This document shows, in pieces, positions 43,101 to 56,800 of a stretch of DNA of 64,000 nt (position 1 is the first letter of the stretch; every line of letters starts with the position of its first letter). This DNA comes from the human T2T-CHM13v2.0 reference genome, Homo sapiens, in NCBI RefSeq assembly GCF_009914755.1, contig NC_060939.1. One strand, written 5' to 3'. The notes under the pieces are model-generated. The model was not told the origin of the DNA. It worked only from the letters and a program-made list of their open reading frames with translations, and searched no databases. Both the position numbers and the translations under genes were made by a program.

Positions 43101-46100
43101 AATTCAATTCGAGACCATTGCTTTTGAGTCCATTCTATATGATTCCATTCCATTCAAGTCCATTACATTTGGTTCAATTCCATTCCATTCCATTCCCTTC
43201 CATTCCATTCCATTTGATATCAATCCATTCGATTCCATTCCATTCGAGCACATTCCATTCGAGTCCATTCCATTCGATGCCATTCCATTTGATTCTATTC
43301 CATTAGTCTCCATTCAATTCCATTAATCTCCATTCCATTCCATTCTACTCCAACTGATTCCATTCCATTCTATTCCTTTCCATTCCATTTCATTCCATTC
43401 CATTCCATTTCATTCCATTCCATTCCATTCGTGTCCATTCCACTCCAGTCCATTCCATTCGTGTCCATTCCATTCCAGTCCATTCCATTTGTGTCCACTG
43501 CATTCCATTCCACTCCATTCCATATTATTCCATTACACTCCATTCCATTCTATTACTTTCATTTCCATTCAATTCCATTCCATTTGATTCCATTCCACTC
43601 GGTTTCATTCCATTTGAGTCCACTCCATTCCATTCCATTCCATTCCATTCAGTTCCATTCCATTCTGTTCCATTCCATTCCCTTCCATTACATTCCATTC
43701 CATTCGGTACCATTCCATATTGTTCCATTCGATTCCATTCGAATCCATTCCATTCCAGTCCATTCCATTCGATTCCATTCCATTCATTTCAATTCCATTC
43801 CATTCCATTCCATTACATTCCACTTGATTCCTCTCCATTCCCTTCCACTGCATTCCGTTCGATTCCATTCCATTGCATTGCATTCCATTCCATTGGATTG
43901 CATTCCATTCGATTCCATTCCATTCGAATCAATTACATAGCAATCCATTACATTCGAGTCTATTCTCTTCCGTTCCATTCGATTTCGTTCCAATCCATTC
44001 GATTCCATTCCATTCGATTCCATTCCATGCTATTGCATTCCATTCTATTACATTATATTCGAATAAGTTCCATTCAAGACCATTTCTTTTGAGTCCATTC
44101 TATTTGAGTCCATTCCCTTTGATTCCATAACATTTGAGTCCATTCAATTCCATTCCTTTCGTTTCCATTCCATTTGATGCCATTCCATTCAATTCTGTTC
44201 TACTCGACTCCAATACATTCAATTCCATTCCATCCGATTCCATTACATTCTTTTCATTTCTTATCCATTTCAAGCCATTCCACTCCATTCCATTCCACTC
44301 GTTTCCTTTCCATTCGAGTCCATTCCTCTCCAGTCCATTCCGTTCAATCCATTCCATTCCAGTCCATTCCATTCGAGTCCGTTCCATTCCAGTCCATTCC
44401 ATTCGAGTCAATTCCATTCCATTCGATGTCTTTCCATAACGATCCATTCCATTCTATTCCTTTCGATTCCATTCCATTCTATTTCATTCCATTCGATTCC
44501 CTTCCATTGGACTCCTTTCCATTCGAGTGCATTCCATTCCGTTCCATTTCTTTCCGTTCTGTACGATTCCTACCGTTCGATTTCATTTTGTTCCAGTCCA
44601 TTCCTTTCGCGTCCATTCCATTCCATTTCACTCCATTCGATTCCATTCCACTCGATTCCACTTCGTTCCATTTCATTGCATTCCATTCTATTCAACTCTA
44701 TTGCCTTCCATTCCATTCCATTCGATTACATTCCATGCGATTCCATTCGAAATCGAATCAATTACATTGCAATCCATTACTATTGAGTCCGTTTTATTCC
44801 AGTCCACTGCATTCTGGTCCATTCCATTTGATTCCATTCCATTCTATTCCATTCCATACAGTTGCATTCCATTGGATTCCATGCTATATCTATAAATTCA
44901 ATTCGAGACCATTGCTTTTGAGTCCATTCTATATGATTCCATTCCATTCAAGTCCATTACATTTGGTTCAATTCCATTCCATTCCATTCCCTTCCATTCC
45001 ATTCCATTTGATATCAATCCATTCGATTCCATTCCATTCGAGCACATTCCATTCGAGTCCATTCCATTCGATGCCATTCCATTTGATTCTATTCCATTAG
45101 TCTCCATTCAATTCCATTAATCTCCATTCCATTCCATTCTACTCCAACTGATTCCATTCCATTCTATTCCTTTCCATTCCATTTCATTCCATTCCATTCC
45201 ATTTCATTCCATTCCATTCCATTCGTGTCCATTCCACTCCAGTCCATTCCATTCGTGTCCATTCCATTCCAGTCCATTCCATTTGTGTCCACTGCATTCC
45301 ATTCCACTCCATTCCATATTATTCCATTACACTCCATTCCATTCTATCACTTTCATTTCCATTCAATTCCATTCCATTTGATTCCATTCCACTCGGTTTC
45401 ATTCCATTTGAGTCCACTCCATTCCATTCCATTGCATTCCATTCAGTTCCATTCCATTCCGTTCCATTACATTCCATTCCATTCGGTACCATTCCATATT
45501 GTTCCATTCGATTCCATTCGAATCCATTCCATTCCAGTCCATTCCATTCGATTCCATTCCATTCATTTCAATTCCATTCCATTCCATTCCATTACATTCC
45601 ACTTGATTCCTCTCCATTCCCTTCCACTGCATTCCGTTCGATTCCATTCCATTGCATTGCATTCCATTCCATTGGATTGCATTCCATTCGATTCCATTCC
45701 ATTCGAATCAATTACATAGCAATCCATTACATTCGAGTCTATTCTCTTCCGTTCCATTCGATTTCGTTCCAATCCATTCGATTCCATTCCATTCGATTCC
45801 ATTCCATACTATTGCATTCCATTCGATTACATTATATTCGAATAAGTTCCATTCAAGACCATTTCTTTTGAGTCCATTCTATTTGAGTCCATTCCCTTTG
45901 ATTCCATAACATTTGAGTCCATTCAATTCCATTCCTTTCGTTTCCATTCCATTTGATGCCATTCCATTCAATTCTGTTCTACTCGACTCCAATACACTCA
46001 ATTCCATTCCATCCGATTACATTACATTCTTTTCATTTCTTATCCATTTCAAGCCATTCCACTCCATTCCATTCCACTCGTTTCCTTTCCATTCGAGTCC

Positions 46101-49100
46101 ATTCCTCTCCAGTCCATTCCGTTCAATCCATTCCATTCCAGTCCATTCCATTCGAGTCCGTTCCATTCCAGTCCATTCCATTCGAGTCAATTCCATCCCA
46201 TTCGATGTCTTTCCATAACGATCCATTCCATTCTATTCCTTTCGATTCCATTCCATTCTATTTCATTCCATTCGATTCCCTTCCATTGGACTCCTTTCCA
46301 TTTGAGTGCATTCCATTCCTTTCCATTTCTTTCCGTTCTGTACGATTCCTACCGTTCGATTTCATTTTGTTCCAGTCCATTCCTTTCGCGTCCATTCCAT
46401 TCCATTTCACTCCATTCGATTCCATTCCACTCGATTCCACTTCGTTCCATTTCATTGCATTCCATTCTATTCAACTCTATTGCCTTCCATTCCATTCCAT
46501 TCGATTACATTCCATGCGATTCCATTCGAAATCGAATCAATTACATTGCAATCCATTACTATTGAGTCCGTTTTATTCCAGTCCACTGCATTCTGGTCCA
46601 TTCCATTTGATTCCATTCCATTCTATTCCATTCCATACAGTTGCATTCCATTGGATTCCATGCTATATCTATAAATTCAATTCGAGACCATTGCTTTTGA
46701 GTCCATTCTATATGATTCCATTCCATTCAAGTCCATTACATTTGGTTCAATTCCATTCCATTCCATTCCCTTCCATTCCATTCCATTTGATATCAATCTA
46801 TTCGATTCCATTCCATTCGAGCACATTCCATTCGAGTCCATTCCATTCGATGCCATTCCATTTGATTCTATTCCATTAGTCTCCATTCAATTCCATTAAT
46901 CTCCATTCCATTCCATTCTACTCCAACTGATTCCATTCCATTCTATTCCTTTCCATTCCATTTCATTCCATTCCATTCCATTTCATTCCATTCCATTCCA
47001 TTCGTGTCCATTCCACTCCAGTCCATTCCATTCGTGTCCATTCCATTCCAGTCCATTCCATTTGTGTCCACTGCATTCCATTCCACTCCATTCCATATTA
47101 TTCCATTACACTCCATTCCATTCTATTACTTTCATTTCCATTCAATTCCATTCCATTTGATTCCATTCCACTCGGTTTCATTCCATTTGAGTCCACTCCA
47201 TTCCATTCCATTCCATTCCATTCAGTTCCATTCCATTCTGTTCCATTCCATTCCCTTCCATTACATTCCATTCCATTCGGTACCATTCCATATTGTTCCA
47301 TTCGATTCCATTCGAATCCATTCCATTCCAGTCCATTCCATTCGATTCCATTCCATTCATTTCAATTCCATTCCATTCCATTCCATTACATTCCACTTGA
47401 TTCCTCTCCATTCCCTTCCACTGCATTCCGTTCGATTCCATTCCATTGCATTGCATTCCATTCCATTGGATTGCATTCCATTCGATTCCATTCCATTCGA
47501 ATCAATTACATAGCAATCCATTACATTCGAGTCTATTCTCTTCCGTTCCATTCGATTTCGTTCCAATCCATTCGATTCCATTCCATTCGATTCCATTCCA
47601 TGCTATTGCATTCCATTCTATTACATTATATTCGAATAAGTTCCATTCAAGACCATTTCTTTTGAGTCCATTCTATTTGAGTCCATTCCCTTTGATTCCA
47701 TAACATTTGAGTCCATTCAATTCCATTCCTTTCGTTTCCATTCCATTTGATGCCATTCCATTCAATTCTGTTCTACTCGACTCCAATACATTCAATTCCA
47801 TTCCATCCGATTCCATTACATTCTTTTCATTTCTTATCCATTTCAAGCCATTCCACTCCATTCCATTCCACTCGTTTCCTTTCCATTCGAGTCCATTCCT
47901 CTCCAGTCCATTCCGTTCAATCCATTCCATTCCAGTCCATTCCATTCGAGTCCGTTCCATTCCAGTCCATTCCATTCGAGTCAATTCCATTCCATTCGAT
48001 GTCTTTCCATAACGATCCATTCCATTCTATTCCTTTCGATTCCATTCCATTCTATTTCATTCCATTCGATTCCCTTCCATTGGACTCCTTTCCATTCGAG
48101 TGCATTCCATTCCGTTCCATTTCTTTCCGTTCTGTACGATTCCTACCGTTCGATTTCATTTTGTTCCAGTCCATTCCTTTCGCGTCCATTCCATTCCATT
48201 TCACTCCATTCGATTCCATTCCACTCGATTCCACTTCGTTCCATTTCATTGCATTCCATTCTATTCAACTCTATTGCCTTCCATTCCATTCCATTCGATT
48301 ACATTCCATGCGATTCCATTCGAAATCGAATCAATTACATTGCAATCCATTACTATTGAGTCCGTTTTATTCCAGTCCACTGCATTCTGGTCCATTCCAT
48401 TTGATTCCATTCCATTCTATTCCATTCCACACAGTTGCATTCCATTGGATTCCATGCTATATCTATAAATTCAATTCGAGACCATTGCTTTTGAGTCCAT
48501 TCTATATGATTCCATTCCATTCAAGTCCATTACATTTGGTTCAATTCCATTCCATTCCATTCCCTTCCATTCCATTCCATTTGATATCAATCCATTCGAT
48601 TCCATTCCATTCGAGCACATTCCATTCGAGTCCATTCCATTCGATGCCATTCCATTTGATTCTATTCCATTAGTCTCCATTCAATTCCATTAATCTCCAT
48701 TCCATTCCATTCTATTCCAACTGATTCCATTCCATTCTATTCCTTTCCATTCCATTTCATTCCATTCCATTCCATTTCATTCCATTCCATTCCATTCGTG
48801 TCCATTCCACTCCAGTCCATTCCATTCGTGTCCATTCCATTCCAGTCCATTCCATTTGTGTCCACTGCATTCCATTCCACTCCATTCCATATTATTCCAT
48901 TACACTCCATTCCATTCTATCACTTTCATTTCCATTCAATTCCATTCCATTTGATTCCATTCCACTCGGTTTCATTCCATTTGAGTCCACTCCATTCCAT
49001 TCCATTGCATTCCATTCAGTTCCATTCCATTCCGTTCCATTACATTCCATTCCATTCGGTACCATTCCATATTGTTCCATTCGATTCCATTCGAATCCAT

Positions 49101-50820
49101 TCCATTCCAGTCCATTCCATTCGATTCCATTCCATTCATTTCAATTCCATTCCATTCCATTCCATTACATTCCACTTGATTCCTCTCCATTCCCTTCCAC
49201 TGCATTCCGTTCGATTCCATTCCATTGCATTGCATTCCATTCCATTGGATTGCATTCCATTCGATTCCATTCCATTCGAATCAATTACATAGCAATCCAT
49301 TACATTCGAGTCTATTCTCTTCCGTTCCATTCGATTTCGTTCCAATCCATTCGATTCCATTCCATTCGATTCCATTCCATACTATTGCATTCCATTCGAT
49401 TACATTATATTCGAATAAGTTCCATTCAAGACCATTTCTTTTGAGTCCATTCTATTTGAGTCCATTCCCTTTGATTCCATAACATTTGAGTCCATTCAAT
49501 TCCATTCCTTTCGTTTCCATTCCATTTGATGCCATTCCATTCAATTCTGTTCTACTCGACTCCAATACATTCAATTCCATTCCATCCGATTCCATTACAT
49601 TCTTTTCATTTCTTATCCATTTCAAGCCATTCCACTCCATTCCATTCCACTCGTTTCCTTTCCATTCGAGTCCATTCCTCTCCAGTCCATTCCGTTCAAT
49701 CCATTCCATTCCAGTCCATTCCATTCGAGTCCGTTCCATTCCAGTCCATTCCATTCGAGTCAATTCCATTCCATTCGATGTCTTTCCATAACGATCCATT
49801 CCATTCTATTCCTTTCGATTCCATTCCATTCTATTTCATTCCATTCGATTCCCTTCCATTGGACTCCTTTCCATTCGAGTGCATTCCATTCCGTTCCATT
49901 TATTTCCGTTCTGTACGATTCCTACCGTTCGATTTCATTTTGTTCCAGTCCATTCCTTTCGCGTCCATTCCATTCCATTTCACTCCATTCGATTCCATTC
50001 CACTCGATTCCACTTCGTTCCATTTCATTGCATTCCATTCTATTCAACTCTATTGCCTTCCATTCCATTCCATTCGATTACATTCCATGCGATTCCATTC
50101 GAAATCGAATCAATTACATTGCAATCCATTACTATTGAGTCCGTTTTATTCCAGTCCACTGCATTCTGGTCCATTCCATTTGATTCCATTCCATTCTATT
50201 CCATTCCATACAGTTGCATTCCATTGGATTCCATGCTATATCTATAAATTCAATTCGAGACCATTGCTTTTGAGTCCATTCTATATGATTCCATTCCATT
50301 CAAATCCATTACATTTGGTTCAATTCCATTCCATTCCATTCCCTTCCATTCCATTCCATTTGATATCAATCCATTCGATTCCATTCCATTCGAGCACATT
50401 CCATTCGAGTCCATTCCATTCGATGCCATTCCATTTGATTCTATTCCATTAGTCTCCATTCAATTCCATTAATCTCCATTCCATTCCATTCTACTCCAAC
50501 TGATTCCATTCCATTCTATTCCTTTCCATTCCATTTCATTCCATTCCATTCCATTTCATTCCATTCCATTCCATTCGTGTCCATTCCACTCCAGTCCATT
50601 CCATTCGTGTCCATTCCATTCCAGTCCATTCCATTTGTGTCCACTGCATTCCATTCCACTCCATTCCATATTATTCCTTTACACTCCATTCCATTCTATC
50701 ACTTTCATTTCCATTCAATTCCATTCCATTTGATTCCATTCCACTCGGTTTCATTCCATTTGAGTCCACTCCATTCCATTCCATTGCATTCCATTCAGTT
50801 CCATTCCATTCCGTTCCATT
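22180..50820 (+). repeat. Seven short units of 1,779 bp sharing the same 15-bp deletion (loss of the CTGTT-containing 15-mer)
   Basis: CAGTTCCATTCCATTCCGTT replaces CAGTTCCATTCCATTCTGTTCCATTCCATTCCGTT in the units whose ORFs shrink from 169 to 164 aa: 21963, 25536, 27315, 38064, 45225, 48798, 50577. Confidence 0.92.
31140..45996 (+). repeat. Tandem duplication of a 4-unit block, period 7,161 bp (3x1794+1779)
   Basis: Unit pairs 31631/38792, 33425/40586 (TTCTCATCC, TTACTTTTGG), 35219/42380 (CAAGTCATT) and 37013/44174 share diagnostic variants at +7161. Confidence 0.88.
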
Positions 50821-53800
50821 ACATTCCATTCCATTCGGTACCATTCCATATTGTTCCATTCGATTCCATTCGAATCCATTCCATTCCAGTCCATTCCATT
50901 CGATTCCATTCCATTCATTTCAATTCCATTCCATTCCATTCCATTACATTCCACTTGATTCCTCTCCATTCCCTTCCACTGCATTCCGTTCGATTCCATT
51001 CCATTGCATTGCATTCCATTCCATTGGATTGCATTCCATTCGATTCCATTCCATTCGAATCAATTACATAGCAATCCATTACATTCGAGTCTATTCTCTT
51101 CCGTTCCATTCGATTTCGTTCCAATCCATTCGATTCCATTCCATTCGATTCCATTCCATACTATTGCATTCCATTCGATTACATTATATTCGAATAAGTT
51201 CCATTCAAGACCATTTCTTTTGAGTCCATTCTATTTGAGTCCATTCCCTTTGATTCCATAACATTTGAGTCCATTCAATTCCATTCCTTTCGTTTCCATT
51301 CCATTTGATGCCATTCCATTCAATTCTGTTCTACTCGACTCCAATACATTCAATTCCATTCCATCCGATTCCATTACATTCTTTTCATTTCTTATCCATT
51401 TCAAGCCATTCCACTCCATTCCATTCCACTCGTTTCCTTTCCATTCGAGTCCATTCCTCTCCAGTCCATTCCGTTCAATCCATTCCATTCCAGTCCATTC
51501 CATTCGAGTCCGTTCCATTCCAGTCCATTCCATTCGAGTCAATTCCATTCCATTCGATGTCTTTCCATAACGATCCATTCCATTCTATTCCTTTCGATTC
51601 CATTCCATTCTATTTCATTCCATTCGATTCCCTTCCATTGGACTCCTTTCCATTCGAGTGCATTCCATTCCGTTCCATTTCTTTCCGTTCTGTACGATTC
51701 CTACCGTTCGATTTCATTTTGTTCCAGTCCATTCCTTTCGCGTCCATTCCATTCCATTTCACTCCATTCGATTCCATTCCACTCGATTCCACTTCGTTCC
51801 ATTTCATTGCATTCCATTCTATTCAACTCTATTGCCTTCCATTCCATTCCATTCGATTACATTCCATGCGATTCCATTCGAAATCGAATCAATTACATTG
51901 CAATCCATTACTATTGAGTCCGTTTTATTCCAGTCCACTGCATTCTGGTCCATTCCATTTGATTCCATTCCATTCTATTCCATTCCATACAGTTGCATTC
52001 CATTGGATTCCATGCTATATCTATAAATTCAATTCGAGACCATTGCTTTTGAGTCCATTCTATATGATTCCATTCCATTCAAATCCATTACATTTGGTTC
52101 AATTCCATTCCATTCCATTCCCTTCCATTCCATTCCATTTGATATCAATCCATTCGATTCCATTCCATTCGAGCACATTCCATTCGAGTCCATTCCATTC
52201 GATGCCATTCCATTTGATTCTATTCCATTAGTCTCCATTCAATTCCATTAATCTCCATTCCATTCCATTCTACTCCAACTGATTCCATTCCATTCTATTC
52301 CTTTCCATTCCATTTCATTCCATTCCATTCCATTTCATTCCATTCCATTCCATTCGTGTCCATTCCACTCCAGTCCATTCCATTCGTGTCCATTCCATTC
52401 CAGTCCATTCCATTTGTGTCCACTACATTCCATTCCACTCCATTCCATATTATTCCTTTACACTCCATTCCATTCTATCACTTTCATTTCCATTCAATTC
52501 CATTCCATTTGATTCCATTCCACTCGGTTTCATTCCATTTGAGTCCACTCCATTCCATTCCATTGCATTCCATTCAGTTCCATTCCATTCTGTTCCATTC
52601 CATTCCGTTCCATTACATTCCATTCCATTCGGTACCATTCCATATTGTTCCATTCGATTCCATTCGAATCCATTCCATTCCAGTCCATTCCATTCGATTC
52701 CATTCCATTCATTTCAATTCCATTCCATTCCATTCCATTACATTCCACTTGATTCCTCTCCATTCCCTTCCACTGCATTCCGTTCGATTCCATTCCATTG
52801 CATTGCATTCTATTCCATTGGATTGCATTCCATTCGATTCCATTCCATTCGAATCAATTACATAGCAATCCATTACATTCGAGTCTATTCTCTTCCGTTC
52901 CATTCGATTTCGTTCCAATCCATTCGATTCCATTCCATTCGATTCCATTCCATACTATTGCATTCCATTCGATTACATTATATTCGAATAAGTTCCATTC
53001 AAGACCATTTCTTTTGAGTCCATTCTATTTGAGTCCATTCCCTTTGATTCCATAACATTTGAGTCCATTCAATTCCATTCCTTTCGTTTCCATTCCATTT
53101 GATGCCATTCCATTCAATTCTGTTCTACTCGACTCCAATACACTCAATTCCATTCCATCCGATTCCATTACATTCTTTTCATTTCTTATCCATTTCAAGC
53201 CATTCCACTCCATTCCATTCCACTCGTTTCCTTTCCATTCGAGTCCATTCCTCTCCAGTCCATTCCGTTCAATCCATTCCATTCCAGTCCATTCCATTCG
53301 AGTCCGTTCCATTCCAGTCCATTCCATTCGAGTCAATTCCATCCCATTCGATGTCTTTCCATAACGATCCATTCCATTCTATTCCTTTCGATTCCATTCC
53401 ATTCTATTTCATTCCATTCGATTCCCTTCCATTGGACTCCTTTCCATTCGAGTGCATTCCATTCCTTTCCATTTCTTTCCGTTCTGTACGATTCCTACCG
53501 TTCGATTTCATTTTGTTCCAGTCCATTCCTTTCGCGTCCATTCCATTCCATTTCACTCCATTCGATTCCATTCCACTCGATTCCACTTCGTTCCATTTCA
53601 TTGCATTCCATTCTATTCAACTCTATTGCCTTCCATTCCATTCCATTCGATTACATTCCATGCGATTCCATTCGAAATCGAATCAATTACATTGCAATCC
53701 ATTACTATTGAGTCCGTTTTATTCCAGTCCACTGCATTCTGGTCCATTCCATTTGATTCCATTCCATTCTATTCCATTCCATACAGTTGCATTCCATTGG

Positions 53801-56800
53801 ATTCCATGCTATATCTATAAATTCAATTCGAGACCATTGCTTTTGAGTCCATTCTATATGATTCCATTCCATTCAAGTCCATTACATTTGGTTCAATTCC
53901 ATTCCATTCCATTCCCTTCCATTCCATTCCATTTGATATCAATCCATTCGATTCCATTCCATTCGAGCACATTCCATTCGAGTCCATTCCATTCGATGCC
54001 ATTCCATTTGATTCTATGCCATTAGTCTCCATTCAATTCCATTAATCTCCATTCGATTCCATTCTACTCCAACTGATTCCATTCCATTATATTCCTTTCC
54101 ATTCCATTTCATTCCATTCCATTCCATTTCATTCCATTCCATTCCATTCGTGTCCATTCCACTCCAGTCCATTCCATTCGTGTCCATTCCATTCCAGTCC
54201 ATTCCATTTGTGTCCACTGCATTCCATTCCACTCCATTCCATATTATTCCATTACACTCCATTCCATTCTATCACTTTCATTTCCATTCAATTCCATTCC
54301 ATTTGATTCCATTCCACTCGGTTTCATTCCATTTGAGTCCACTCCATTCCATTCCATTGCATTCCATTCAGTTCCATTCCATTCTGTTCCATTCCATTCC
54401 GTTCCATTACATTCCATTCCATTCGGTACCATTCCATATTGTTCCATTCGATTCCATTCGAATCCATTCCATTCCAGTCCATTCCATTCGATTCCATTCC
54501 ATTCATTTCAATTCCATTCCATTCCATTCCATTACATTCCACTTGATTCCTCTCCATTCCCTTCCACTGCATTCCGTTCGATTCCATTCCATTGCATTGC
54601 ATTCCATTCCATTGGATTGCATTCCATTCGATTCCATTCCATTCGAATCAATTACATAGCAATCCATTACATTCGAGTCTATTCTCTTCCGTTCCATTCG
54701 ATTTCGTTCCAATCCATTCGATTCCATTCCATTCGATTCCATTCCATACTATTGCATTCCATTCGATTACATTATATTCGAATAAGTTCCATTCAAGACC
54801 ATTTCTTTTGAGTCCATTCTATTTGAGTCCATTCCCTTTGATTCCATAACATTTGAGTCCATTCAATTCCATTCCTTTCGTTTCCATTCCATTTGATGCC
54901 ATTCCATTCAATTCTGTTCTACTCGACTCCAATACATTCAATTCCATTCCATCCGATTCCATTACATTCTTTTCATTTCTTATCCATTTCAAGCCATTCC
55001 ACTCCATTCCATTCCACTCGTTTCCTTTCCATTCGAGTCCATTCCTCTCCAGTCCATTCCGTTCAATCCATTCCATTCCAGTCCATTCCATTCGAGTCCG
55101 TTCCATTCCAGTCCATTCCATTCGAGTCAATTCCATTCCATTCGATGTCTTTCCATAACGATCCATTCCATTCTATTCCTTTCGATTCCATTCCATTCTA
55201 TTTCATTCCATTCGATTCCCTTCCATTGGACTCCTTTCCATTCGAGTGCATTCCATTCCTTTCCATTTCTTTCCGTTCTGTACGATTCCTACCGTTCGAT
55301 TTCATTTTGTTCCAGTCCATTCCTTTCGCGTCCATTCCATTCCATTTCACTCCATTCGATTCCATTCCACTCGATTCCACTTCGTTCCATTTCATTGCAT
55401 TCCATTCTATTCAACTCTATTGCCTTCCATTCCATTCCATTCGATTACATTCCATGCGATTCCATTCGAAATCGAATCAATTACATTGCAATCCATTACT
55501 ATTGAGTCCGTTTTATTCCAGTCCACTGCATTCTGGTCCATTCCATTTGATTCCATTCCATTCTATTCCATTCCATACAGTTGCATTCCATTGGATTCCA
55601 TGCTATATCTATAAATTCAATTCGAGACCATTGCTTTTGAGTCCATTCTATATGATTCCATTCCATTCAAGTCCATTACATTTGGTTCAATTCCATTCCA
55701 TTCCATTCCCTTCCATTCCATTCCATTTGATATCAATCCATTCGATTCCATTCCATTCGAGCACATTCCATTCGAGTCCATTCCATTCGATGCCATTCCA
55801 TTTGATTCTATTCCATTAGTCTCCATTCAATTCCATTAATCTCCATTCCATTCCATTCTACTCCAACTGATTCCATTCCATTCTATTCCTTTCCATTCCA
55901 TTTCATTCCATTCCATTCCATTTCATTCCATTCCATTCCATTCGTGTCCATTCCACTCCAGTCCATTCCATTCGTGTCCATTCCATTCCAGTCCATTCCA
56001 TTTGTGTCCACTGCATTCCATTCCACTCCATTCCATATTATTCCATTACACTCCATTCCATTCTATCTCTTTCATTTCCATTCAATTCCATTCCATTTGA
56101 TTCCATTCCACTCGGTTTCATTCCATTTGAGTCCACTCCATTCCATTCCATTGCATTCCATTCAGTTGCATTCCATTCTGTTCCATTCCATTCCGTTCCA
56201 TTACATTCCATTCCATTCGGTACCATTCCATATTGTTCCATTCGATTCCATTCGAATCCATTCCATTCCAGTCCATTCCATTCGATTCCATTCCATTCAT
56301 TTCAATTCCATTCCATTCCATTCCATTACATTCCACTTGATTCCTCTCCATTCCCTTCCACTGCATTCTGTTCGATTCCATTCCATTGCATTGCATTCCA
56401 TTCCATTGGATTGCATTCCATTCGATTCCATTCCATTCGAATCAATTACATAGCAATCCATTACATTCGAGTCTATTCTCTTCCGTTCCATTCGATTTCG
56501 TTCCAATCCATTCGATTCCATTCCATTCGATTCCATTCCATACTATTGCATTCCATTCGATTACATTATATTCGAATAAGTTCCATTCAAGACCATTTCT
56601 TTTGAGTCCATTCTATTTGAGTCCATTCCCTTTGATTCCATAACATTTGAGTCCATTCAATTCCATTCCTTTCGTTTCCATTCCATTTGATGCCATTCCA
56701 TTCAATTCTGTTCTACTCGACTCCAATACACTCAATTCCATTCCATCCGATTCCATTACATTCTTTTCATTTCTCATCCATTTCAAGCCATTCCACTCCA

